From: an uncultured virus (IMG/VR IMGVR_UViG_3300031088_000775) | Lineage: Duplodnaviria > Heunggongvirae > Uroviricota > Caudoviricetes | Strand: one strand, 5' to 3' | Virus record (IMG/VR): IMGVR_UViG_3300031088_000775 | Length of the DNA: 33,356 bases | Part shown: positions 9,288 through 17,437 of the stretch, one piece after another | How positions within the stretch are numbered: the stretch's first letter is position 1 | Layout of the letters: each line of letters opens with the position of its first letter | Made by a program: the position numbers and the translations under genes | Notes under the pieces: model-generated | Told to the model about the DNA's origin: nothing | Database searches by the model: none | What the model saw: the letters and a program-made list of their open reading frames with translations, nothing else

Positions 9288-9497
9288 TTAGAATTCTAAA
9301 TGGATTCGAGTTCCGTCTTTTGCGGACCACTGATAGATAAAAATTTCAGAATCGGTTTCAACCATGAATCGTCCGCCACCTCGAGTTTCAACACGTTCAA
9401 CTTTATAACCGTCAATTCGGAATTGGTTTGCAACCCGCTGCATCGAGGCCTGCATATTTGGAGTGTCAGCGAGGTAGCGAACTGGCGAAGCGATCAT
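9288..9497 (-). CDS. Small hypothetical protein
   Basis: 69 aa with AAGGT RBS; conserved promoter motif upstream. Confidence 0.7.
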   Translation of the reverse strand: MIASPVRYLADTPNMQASMQRVANQFRIDGYKVERVETRGGGRFMVETDSEIFIYQWSAKDGTRIHLEF

Positions 9498-9527
9498 CTT
9501 TTACCTTTTCTTTTTAAAAGTTTTAGT

Positions 9528-9542
9528 CAATAACAACTATAC
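9528..9542 (-). promoter_or_regulatory. Conserved promoter motif GTATAGTTGTTATTG
   Basis: Exact motif on the minus strand about 30 nt upstream of 9497. Confidence 0.7.
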
Positions 9543-9632
9543 ATGAAGACAAATACTTTTGAAAATTAGTGGAGTTAAAAAGCGGGGTATTGAGTCTGAG
9601 AAAGTTGAGTAAGCGTCTAGCATTCTCAACTA

Positions 9633-9923
9633 TCAAAATCTTGAGACTTTAGTTGTTTTAAAGTCTTTAGCATAGTCGCTTAATTCTCTCGAGAAGACTC
9701 TGACTTGAATAGGCACTAGCAATACAATAGAAGCGACTCCTGCAAAAATGGCGGGAGGACCTAATGTTACGGATAGATAGACTGTAAAAAGAATCAATAA
9801 GATTGCTGATATAGAGTTAGCTATTGTAATAGAAATGACAGTCTTTCGATAATCAGTCTTTAAGCTCATTCGAAAATTTTCGACAGTCTCAATCAAGAAT
9901 CTTAGGGTCTTTACATAGAGCAT
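9633..9923 (-). CDS. Small two-TM membrane protein
   Basis: 96 aa with AAGGAG RBS and TGATAAGAT upstream. Confidence 0.7.
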   Translation of the reverse strand: MLYVKTLRFLIETVENFRMSLKTDYRKTVISITIANSISAILLILFTVYLSVTLGPPAIFAGVASIVLLVPIQVRVFSRELSDYAKDFKTTKVSRF

Positions 9924-10149
9924 TTGATTCTCCTTATCTATTCTGAGGATTGCTTTATTTTCGATCTTATCACAAGAAGCATTGTACTTTCAAACTTCTA
10001 TTAAATAACTCTTTTTACAACGCTTACTAAAAGACTTACTAAAAAGCCAATTGAGTCTATTGCTTTATTCATGTAGTTGTTGTAGGGTTTTCATTAAGTA
10101 AGGTTTAAAGACAATTAAGAAATTTTCGAGAATTATAGGAGTTGCATTT

Positions 10150-10614
10150 ATGCTGATTAATCTAGTAGAGAAGCAGGGTAATATTTTCACTACTTCAACG
10201 AGAGTAATGGCGCATGGAGTGAATCTTCAGGATTGCGAGGATCATGGGCTCGCTGCTCAAGTTTGGGATCGTTTTCCGAATATTTTCGATGCTTACGAGC
10301 ACTTCCGAGATTCTGGGATTCTTCTACCTGGAGGTGCATTCTCTGCGACTGATGTTGCTGACGACGGAGAAGAGTTCACTGTATTCAATCTAGCAAGCCA
10401 GATTCTTCCAGGCGGAAACGCTCGCTATGATCTTCTTGAAGCTTCTTTAGATGAAACTTTCTATATTCTTCGAGAGTCGGGTATGAAGGCTATTGCTTTC
10501 CCAGAGATTGGTTCAGGGATTGGTGGGCTTGATAAGGAGTTAGTGAGTCTTATGATCAGACAGCAGGCTATTAAGAATCCAGATATTTTGATTGAGACTT
10601 GGGAGTACAAGTAA
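10150..10614 (+). CDS. Macrodomain (Appr-1-p/ADP-ribose-binding fold, Poa1p/DarG/TARG1-like), divergent
   Basis: GNIF...AHGVN...GLAAQ...FP and IAFPEIGSGIGGLD are macrodomain signatures. Confidence 0.8.
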   Translation: MLINLVEKQGNIFTTSTRVMAHGVNLQDCEDHGLAAQVWDRFPNIFDAYEHFRDSGILLPGGAFSATDVADDGEEFTVFNLASQILPGGNARYDLLEASLDETFYILRESGMKAIAFPEIGSGIGGLDKELVSLMIRQQAIKNPDILIETWEYK

Positions 10615-10622
10615 GGGATTAA

Positions 10623-11288
10623 GTGAGTTTAGAGATGCTAAAGCATAATGACTTTGTTCTTGATGAGGAAAGTCTTTCATTAAGAGTTTCTGAATGTCTT
10701 TCAGTAGGCCAGAGAATAGAGTTTCTTTCAATCCTAGTTAGTCAGCATGAAGATTATGTAGAGTACACTTCGATACCCTCCTTTCTAGAGTCTCCAAATA
10801 TATGTGATTTTGTAGAGGACTTTCAGACGTTTAAGAATATTGCTAGAATCTGTAACTCCGCTTTTAAGCACTATAAAGTTAATTTAGCTTGCTATTATGA
10901 GTCTCGCGATCAAGGGAAACTTTCAAACAATTTCTTTGCTTATGTGGATCTTTATTTAAGGATTACAGACGAAGAGCAATTTGTAGATGAGTTTGAAAAA
11001 TTCTCGGCTAACGATCTCAATAAGCTGCGGCGATTGAATCAAGCAATTGGTTTTACTGACATCTCTCTTTCAGTAGGATTTCTTACTCCTTGGTATCTAC
11101 TTATAGATTCTGAAATTAGAGAAAAAGTTCTTATTTGGTTCGAAACTCACAAGCTAAAGGAAGATACTCCCTATGCAGTCTTTAAAATGACTGAGTTGAT
11201 AAAAGCTTCAATCGAAGACCCTAAAGTATTAGAAGACTTTGAGAGTGTCCCGCTCTCTTGGCGTGAAGCAATAGAATTTCAATTGTAG
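10623..11288 (+). CDS. Unknown protein, 'PxxW' paralog family member 3
   Basis: Motifs GQRIEFLS, LSNNFFAY and EKVLIWFETHKLKEDTPYAV...FESVPLSW. Confidence 0.8.
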   Translation: MSLEMLKHNDFVLDEESLSLRVSECLSVGQRIEFLSILVSQHEDYVEYTSIPSFLESPNICDFVEDFQTFKNIARICNSAFKHYKVNLACYYESRDQGKLSNNFFAYVDLYLRITDEEQFVDEFEKFSANDLNKLRRLNQAIGFTDISLSVGFLTPWYLLIDSEIREKVLIWFETHKLKEDTPYAVFKMTELIKASIEDPKVLEDFESVPLSWREAIEFQL

Positions 11289-11358
11289 GCAAGGTAATTC
11301 TTTACGTTTAAAATACTAGGGGTTAAAGAATTTTTCAAAAATTTAAGTAGATGAGGCG

Positions 11359-12066
11359 ATGACAATGGTTTATGACAATTATAGAGTTTTTGATTTTGAT
11401 GAATTAGAGGGGCTTATTTTAGAGTTAAAGACTTCAGGTCAGAGAATAGATTTTCTTTCTTTTCTTTCAAGTAGAAATGAAAAAGATAGTTTAAGCGGAG
11501 AGAGTAGTTTCGGTAGTGAGGCTGATTCGTTCTCAATTATTAGTAAGAAAAATATATCTGATTTTCTTTCAGATGATGGTATTTTCAAAGACCTAGCCTT
11601 TATTTTTAATGATTCTAAAAATCTTGATGACTTCAATGATTTCACTAGAGTTGATAGAATCACAAATGATTTTTTATCAAACAATTTTCTAGCATATATA
11701 GAGGGTTTCTCTAAACTTAGCGTTATTAATAGAGTTGGAGAATCGAAGCCTTTTAAGAAGAGACTAGTTGAGATTGCAGAAAATGAAATGCACTCTACAG
11801 AACCTTGGTTTAGAATCAATGAATGCGATAGCACTACTAGCATTCAGTCAATCTACTTTTTGAGTTTGTGGTCTATTACAACTTCGAGAAATATTCAAGA
11901 AAAAGTAGCTGACTGGTTTGAGACTCACAATCTTAAAGAAGTTACTCCCTATGCAGTTCATAGAATTACGAAAGCTTTTGCTGATGGCCGCGAGGGTAAG
12001 AAGACTCTAGAGTATTTTGAAAGCATCCCTCTTAGCTGGTTAGAGGAAACTGAATTAAGCGTTTGA
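11359..12066 (+). CDS. Unknown protein, 'PxxW' paralog family member 4 (tandem duplicate of 10623..11288)
   Basis: Motifs GQRIDFLS, SDDGIFKDL, LSNNFLAY and EKVADWFETHNLKEVTPYAV...FESIPLSW. Confidence 0.8.
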   Translation: MTMVYDNYRVFDFDELEGLILELKTSGQRIDFLSFLSSRNEKDSLSGESSFGSEADSFSIISKKNISDFLSDDGIFKDLAFIFNDSKNLDDFNDFTRVDRITNDFLSNNFLAYIEGFSKLSVINRVGESKPFKKRLVEIAENEMHSTEPWFRINECDSTTSIQSIYFLSLWSITTSRNIQEKVADWFETHNLKEVTPYAVHRITKAFADGREGKKTLEYFESIPLSWLEETELSV

Positions 12067-12164
12067 TTACTGGAGAGCTTATATGTCTCTGAACTCCAGG
12101 TAATTTAGTTTTTCGAGTTAATCCTATCTGAAGTTATCTACATTGTATATCTTTTAAAGATATT

Positions 12165-12179
12165 GTATAGTTGTTATTG
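12165..12179 (+). promoter_or_regulatory. Conserved promoter motif GTATAGTTGTTATTG
   Basis: Exact motif on the + strand upstream of small ORF 12227..12352. Confidence 0.7.
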
Positions 12180-12226
12180 GACCCACAAAACAATAAATTC
12201 TCTATAAGACTAGAACAGGATTTAGG

Positions 12227-12352
12227 ATGACTGGCAAAACTGTTACTTTCCGCAGGCTTCACGAAGGCTCGATGATTGAGACTAAAGTTAAAGCTATTAA
12301 GCTCCCTGGTTTTGTAAAAAAGCACAAGGATTCTGCCAAGATTAAGAAGTAG
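12227..12352 (+). CDS. 41-aa basic small protein (not in ORF track)
   Basis: MTGKTVTFRRLHEGSMIETKVKAIKLPGFVKKHKDSAKIKK*, with AGGA upstream and the conserved promoter 48 nt upstream. Confidence 0.55.
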   Translation: MTGKTVTFRRLHEGSMIETKVKAIKLPGFVKKHKDSAKIKK

Positions 12353-12373
12353 CTTCAAGTTAAAGGATTGATT

Positions 12374-12571
12374 ATGGAAACTTCTAAAAAGATTCGTAAG
12401 CAGTATGGGGCTCTTCGTCGTGATGGAGTGATTGTGAAGAAGTCGCTTTCAGATATTAAGCACCAATTCTCTACTATAAATATGTCGTATGTTTTCGGCG
12501 AAATTTATGAGCGCGAAATCCTCGGTAACGATAAGTTCACTGAGTGGGTTCTCTCAGATAAGTCTTTTTAG
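12374..12571 (+). CDS. Small hypothetical protein
   Basis: ATG at 12374 with AAGGA RBS (track start 12368). Confidence 0.6.
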   Translation: METSKKIRKQYGALRRDGVIVKKSLSDIKHQFSTINMSYVFGEIYEREILGNDKFTEWVLSDKSF

Positions 12572-12658
12572 CTAGTAGTTAAAAAGTTTTCTAGAAGAAA
12601 GACTAGAGTATTTTAATTTTCTTTAAAATGCTCAATAAGATTAGGGAAAGATATTTCG

Positions 12659-13396
12659 ATGATTGAAGATTTAATTAGTGCTGCTAATGCAGGCACAGTT
12701 AAAGAAGATTTACTCAATTACCAAATTGATTCCTGCGCTAATCTTGATCAACGCATTGAGTTAATTCGGTCTCTTAAAGATAAGACTAATATTTCGGAAA
12801 GACTAGATGAGATAGTTGATTCACTGTATTTTCTAGAGTTGCTTAAAGACAAGGATTGCTTCAGTGATTTAGCTAGGATTTTTAATTACACTGCTCTTCT
12901 TCGTGAATTCTTCTCTCTTTACCGGGTTTTTCTTACTTTAGAGTCTAAAACAGGTGAGCTTAATTTTGATCTTAAAGAAGCTATAAAAATTTATTCTAGA
13001 GTTGAAAGAGTTGAATATTTTCTTTTAAGTTGCCATTCAGTTATGTGGTCCCTCAGTGGCTACGACGGTGGAGGATCTCAGTGGTTTGTGCTTGATCTAG
13101 ACGATAGTAAGATGCTATCTTCCGAATACCATGAGATTACTGGGTATATTACTGTGTTTCTTGCGGTGCTTGAACAGGATGTTAAGAGTAAAGTTAAAAA
13201 CTGGTTAAGCAACCAAGATATTTCTAAAACTCCATTGTTTCTCGTTCTTTATCTAGTGAAGGCTTTTAGCTCTTCAGAAGATGACTCTAAAAATATGCTA
13301 GAGGAGTTAGAGTCACTCCCCTGGGAATGGTTTGTAGTAGCTAATCGCAGTGAAGGTCTTTCAGATTTTGAGATTGAATTCTTGAGGTTGACTTAG
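12659..13396 (+). CDS. Unknown protein, 'PxxW' paralog family member 5
   Basis: Motifs DQRIELIRSL, FLELLKDKDCFSDLARIFN and KSKVKNWL...LESLPWEW. Confidence 0.8.
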   Translation: MIEDLISAANAGTVKEDLLNYQIDSCANLDQRIELIRSLKDKTNISERLDEIVDSLYFLELLKDKDCFSDLARIFNYTALLREFFSLYRVFLTLESKTGELNFDLKEAIKIYSRVERVEYFLLSCHSVMWSLSGYDGGGSQWFVLDLDDSKMLSSEYHEITGYITVFLAVLEQDVKSKVKNWLSNQDISKTPLFLVLYLVKAFSSSEDDSKNMLEELESLPWEWFVVANRSEGLSDFEIEFLRLT

Positions 13397-13426
13397 TAAT
13401 TGACTTTAGATTCGTTTTCGTGGTTG

Positions 13427-13606
13427 AGCCTAAGCGGTCTATAGAGTCGAAAATACCTCTTAGGGTATAGTCATACAGTAGACAGCATTTACTGTCAAAA
13501 CTGCATAGAAACATGAAAAGACCACCTAGTTTGCCGTGATAGCCTCGGGTCTAACTAGGTGGTCTTAGTAGCGCAGTTTCTGCTCGAATTCTTAAACAGT
13601 TAAAAT
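13427..13606. repeat. Dispersed ~180-bp multi-hairpin element, copy B
   Basis: Same orientation as copy A; lies between convergent genes. Confidence 0.95.
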
Positions 13607-13703
13607 CGCTTTTTAGACAGTATTCAGAATTTCGTTTGAGTAATTCTAAAATTTTGAATACTCAGTTATTTTTTGTCTTAAAATCACCTTCTAGGGTTCA
13701 ATC

Positions 13704-14651
13704 TTAAGCGTTGAAGATTTTTTGAATACCGCCGAGATGGTTCACTGCATTATCCTTAAAAGAGTATGAGACATAACTACGCCCATACTCGCGCCGGTAT
13801 GTCTTTTTTGCAAGACCAAGGATAGCAAGCTTACGGGAGGTGACCGCAGCGGTGCCATTGCTTGTCCCCAGTAATTCAGCGATTTCAGTATAGGTGAAAC
13901 TCTCTTCGTCACTCTTATTCTGGGCTTCGACAAGAATACTAGCTTTATTCAAGAGGTCTGTAGTGACGCTCAGCGTAGAAAGCTGACTTGCAGCGTTTTG
14001 TTTAGCAATCTTATTGATTTTAGAAATTTCTTTCTTAAGTTTTTTAATATTGTACGCATCTGATTCAATCTCAAACAAAGCTTCTTCAGCTTTACTAATA
14101 GAATCAAAGTGATTTTGGATTTCTGAGTAAATCTTCTCACCTTCATCAGAAAGTTTCAAGCTGTAATCAAGGCGGTCATCGAGACCACTTGGATACTTAT
14201 CTTTGATCAACCAGCGCATTCCTAATTCAACAACCTCAGGCTTATTTTTACCGTTAATATGAGTTTCAGTATCAACAATATATGAGATAATTCCAAATTC
14301 AGCTAGATAATCAAGAGTCCTCTTTGCAAGCTTTTGATTATCTTTTCGAGTATCTTCATTTCTTTTAGAAAAATATTGTCCTGTAAAACGATTCAAAGTG
14401 CGGAGGTTATTTGGTTTTTCAATAACGCTAGTAGAACGTTGAAGATCCTCAGCAGTTAAGAACTTGATAATTGGGTGATCGAATTTCTTATTAGCGTCAG
14501 AAGTAATCTTTGAAATATATTCTGTAGCTTCTTCAATTGAATCAAAATGCAATTTAGCGGGACAATTCTCAAAGTATTTGCAATATTGAGGCTCGTAAGC
14601 ATTTTCCTCTAACTCTGCAAAATGAAATTGAACCTTAGACTTTTTACCCAT
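13704..14651 (-). CDS. Protein with N-terminal H/C-x5-C/HFDS module and C-terminal winged HTH
   Basis: N terminus FHF...CKYFENCPAKLHFDSIEEA; C terminus FTYTEIAELLGTSNGTAAVTSRKLAILGLAKK; AAGGAG RBS. Confidence 0.75.
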   Translation of the reverse strand: MGKKSKVQFHFAELEENAYEPQYCKYFENCPAKLHFDSIEEATEYISKITSDANKKFDHPIIKFLTAEDLQRSTSVIEKPNNLRTLNRFTGQYFSKRNEDTRKDNQKLAKRTLDYLAEFGIISYIVDTETHINGKNKPEVVELGMRWLIKDKYPSGLDDRLDYSLKLSDEGEKIYSEIQNHFDSISKAEEALFEIESDAYNIKKLKKEISKINKIAKQNAASQLSTLSVTTDLLNKASILVEAQNKSDEESFTYTEIAELLGTSNGTAAVTSRKLAILGLAKKTYRREYGRSYVSYSFKDNAVNHLGGIQKIFNA

Positions 14652-15193
14652 AATTAATACTCCTTACATAAAGACTTCCTAGATACATATTTTAATCTTA
14701 CAATATTCCAAAACAATCCTCAATAGTCAAACTTAACAAACTGAAATCTTCAAAAAGATTATTAAAATAAACTAACTTCGACCCTTAAGATAATTAGCAA
14801 AACACCTTCCCGTCTATCGAGACTAAGGTTGACATCCTCATCGCCCTGAAGTCTAATCTAATTAAAAATACACTTAAAGAACCGTAAAGTATTTTCTAGA
14901 AAGTCTTTAAAAGTACAGTTTTCTGTCGCTAACTACCTTACCTACCATGGACATTAGCTTGAAGGGGTATGGGGACCCTACTACGCACGCTCCCTCGACG
15001 CTAAACTGGCACCCCCAATAAATAATCTCGTGGTAGTCTCTCCGCTGTCTCGCTCGGAATAGAGGCATCAGTCTACCCTTCGAAAGCTCGCAAGTCTTAG
15101 CATATAGTAGCAGTCACAAATGAATCATATTTAAATCTTTAAAAGATTGTGATAAGATTGATTAAAAATATCTTTCAAAAAGGATTTAAGTTA

Positions 15194-15862
15194 ATGACAC
15201 TAATTTCAGGTAACGAAGAAGACTTGAGTCTTTCGTATCGGCTCACAGTCATTGTAGAGAACACTAAAGACTTCACTGAACTTGAGCTAGCGAAAGCAAC
15301 GGCAGTAGCGGTCACTGATTTTGTTTTTGAAAATCTTTCTGAAGACCATTCTGAGAATTGGGATATCTGGTCTAACGGTAGATTTGGTAAATTATTGAAG
15401 CGATTGAACACTAAAGACTTCAATAAGTTACAGGATAATGTTACTGGTAAGCAGTATTCTTTTGATAATATCCACCTCTATCTAGTAGAACCTATGCTAC
15501 AATCTGAGATGCCAACTCTCTTGAAGCGCGCTCAAATTTCTAACATGACTATCCTTCCGCCCGTTAAAACTGACGTAGAATCTGAATCTTCAGTCGCCCC
15601 GCTTATCGAAATCTTTTTGAATGAAGATCTAAATATGTCTCCCGGTAAGTCTTCGATTGCTGCTGCTCACTCTCTTCAAGTTCTTGTTAAGAATAATGAA
15701 GTGACTCTTGAGGAGGCTTTGAATCGAGATAATGTTCGAGTAGTTTTTACGAAGATTTCTGAAGAATTGAAAGCTTCTTGTAAGGCAGTCATTAATGATG
15801 CTGGTTTGACTGAGGTTATTCCAGGGTCGACTACCTCTTGCGCTCGAGTGAATAGGGTTTAA
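15194..15862 (+). CDS. Pth2-family peptidyl-tRNA hydrolase-like protein
   Basis: LNMSPGKSSIAAAHS and INDAGLTEVIPGSTT match Pth2 motifs (MxxGK...H; DAGxTE.xPG). ATG at 15194 follows AAGGA. Confidence 0.8.
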   Translation: MTLISGNEEDLSLSYRLTVIVENTKDFTELELAKATAVAVTDFVFENLSEDHSENWDIWSNGRFGKLLKRLNTKDFNKLQDNVTGKQYSFDNIHLYLVEPMLQSEMPTLLKRAQISNMTILPPVKTDVESESSVAPLIEIFLNEDLNMSPGKSSIAAAHSLQVLVKNNEVTLEEALNRDNVRVVFTKISEELKASCKAVINDAGLTEVIPGSTTSCARVNRV

Positions 15863-15867
15863 CCGAA

Positions 15868-16215
15868 ATGTTGAAGAAGCATATTGATGAGATTCTAGAA
15901 AATTGTAAGCAAGTTGTTGATTCTGCTCAAACTGTTGATCAATTACTCGCTTTTGAGGAAGAGATGTTGAAGATGGTTGAGTCGACTATCTTGACTCCAG
16001 ATGAAGACTCTACTATTCGCAGGTTTATTAATCTTCATGTGGGATTGAGATACGCTGAATTGATTGATGTTATTCCTGGCATTCTTGAAGAAGCTAAAAT
16101 AGAGTTTCCTAATCACCCGAATCAAGTGAGAATGGTTCATAATCTTCGCTCAGCTTGGGTTTGCGGTCAGGCTTTGAAGATTGCTGAAGAGCGTTGGATG
16201 CTTCGCTCGTCATAA
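15868..16215 (+). CDS. Hypothetical protein
   Basis: 115-aa ORF coupled to the previous gene. Confidence 0.65.
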   Translation: MLKKHIDEILENCKQVVDSAQTVDQLLAFEEEMLKMVESTILTPDEDSTIRRFINLHVGLRYAELIDVIPGILEEAKIEFPNHPNQVRMVHNLRSAWVCGQALKIAEERWMLRSS

Positions 16216-16283
16216 TTTAACTCGCCTAATACTTTTAAGGAACCACTCTTAAATACTATTCTTTTGAATAGCGGTAAAACTAA

Positions 16284-16338
16284 AGGCTCAATACATCTTT
16301 AAGATAGATTTTAGAATTCTTAAAAATGTATTGAGTCT
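16284..16338. terminator. Long imperfect hairpin between convergent genes
   Basis: CTCAATACAT..TTTAAGA / TCTTAAA..ATGTATTGAG. Confidence 0.5.
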
Positions 16339-16362
16339 ACAGTTTTGAGAGAGACGGTTTTA

Positions 16363-16908
16363 TCACCTGAGACTTCTTGTTCTATACATGAGAGCCACAA
16401 GGACTTGCTGCGGCATTGGTTGAATAGTTTTATTCACTTTAGCTCGCTTAGTTATTTTTACTATTCCATTTTCTTGGACTTCCCAAAGGCCGCAGTGACT
16501 TGGAATATCCTCAGGTTTTAAAAGACCTTCTGGCGTAGCGTAAACAAACTGATGAGTTACTTTCTCCCACGGAGCTCTTTTAGAGGGTGTTTCTCTTTTG
16601 AAGTCCTCTACACTTATCTTGACTTCGATTGCTATGAGTTTCTTACCCGTATACAGCAATCCGTCAATTCTTCTGGTAAGAGGTTCTGGACTCCATCCTT
16701 CGGGTATTGATTCAGCAACTTCGTAGTCTTTGTAAACTTCTAGCAATTCCTTATAATATGCACTTGATTCTCCATAGAATGCTGCTCTGTCAAGTTCATA
16801 TCTGTTTCTTACTGGATCACTGTATTGATCTGTTAGCACTACTTCTTTGACGAGAGCGCCGTCGCTATGTTTTCTTGAAATTGCTGAAAGTATGTCGTTA
16901 GCCTTCAT
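16363..16908 (-). CDS. PD-(D/E)xK nuclease, MmcB-like
   Basis: RRIDGLL...IAIEVKISVEDFKRE...K..PW...HQFVYATPEGL...IP..CGL. Confidence 0.75.
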   Translation of the reverse strand: MKANDILSAISRKHSDGALVKEVVLTDQYSDPVRNRYELDRAAFYGESSAYYKELLEVYKDYEVAESIPEGWSPEPLTRRIDGLLYTGKKLIAIEVKISVEDFKRETPSKRAPWEKVTHQFVYATPEGLLKPEDIPSHCGLWEVQENGIVKITKRAKVNKTIQPMPQQVLVALMYRTRSLR

Positions 16909-17111
16909 TTTGAGCCTATCTTTTTGGATGTCGGGTTATTTAGAAATATCGAGACCTCTGTACAGTTTGAATAAGAGTTTTTAGAAATTAGTCAGTCGGA
17001 GTTTTTATGTACTCCAGCAGTAACAGTGGTTTTTAGAAATGAGGTACTTTAGCTTCTTGATATTGTTTAAAGCGTAAGGATTGTTTGATCTATTTCAAGA
17101 GGTGTTTTGTT

Positions 17112-17240
17112 TTGAAGAAGTTTCTTAAGAATTTATTTAAGTTGCGTAAAGATGTAGAGTTAGAGCGTTCAGTCGATTTGGACAGAATTGAGTCTAATAG
17201 AGCTAAGATTGATTTAGTTTATCGGCGTGTTGATCGCTGA
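17112..17240 (+). CDS. 42-aa small protein (not in ORF track)
   Basis: TTG start 7 nt after GAGGTG; MKKFLKNLFKLRKDVELERSVDLDRIESNRAKIDLVYRRVDR*; followed by its own terminator. Confidence 0.55.
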   Translation: MKKFLKNLFKLRKDVELERSVDLDRIESNRAKIDLVYRRVDR

Positions 17241-17260
17241 AGTAGAAATTAAAAATTTTT

Positions 17261-17303
17261 AAGTGAGTAGGAGTGAAATGACTTCTATTCACTTTTTCTT
17301 TTT
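17261..17303 (+). terminator. Intrinsic terminator
   Basis: 14-bp stem AAGTGAGTAGGAGT/ACTTCTATTCACTT (G.U pairs fit the + strand) followed by a T-rich tail. Confidence 0.75.
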
Positions 17304-17437
17304 AGAACATGAGATACGTTATTACTGCAGAGTTATCTCAAAGAGTAAGTGACTCATTTGTGGTCTACTAAGAAATGTTATACATTTGTTTTAGATAAAA
17401 CTACGCTAATCTACTTTTTTAACAAGGAAATTACACG

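Noticed and set aside
12134..12358. 74-aa minus-strand ORF
   Set aside because: It is antisense to the promoter-backed 12227..12352 ORF and overlaps the promoter.
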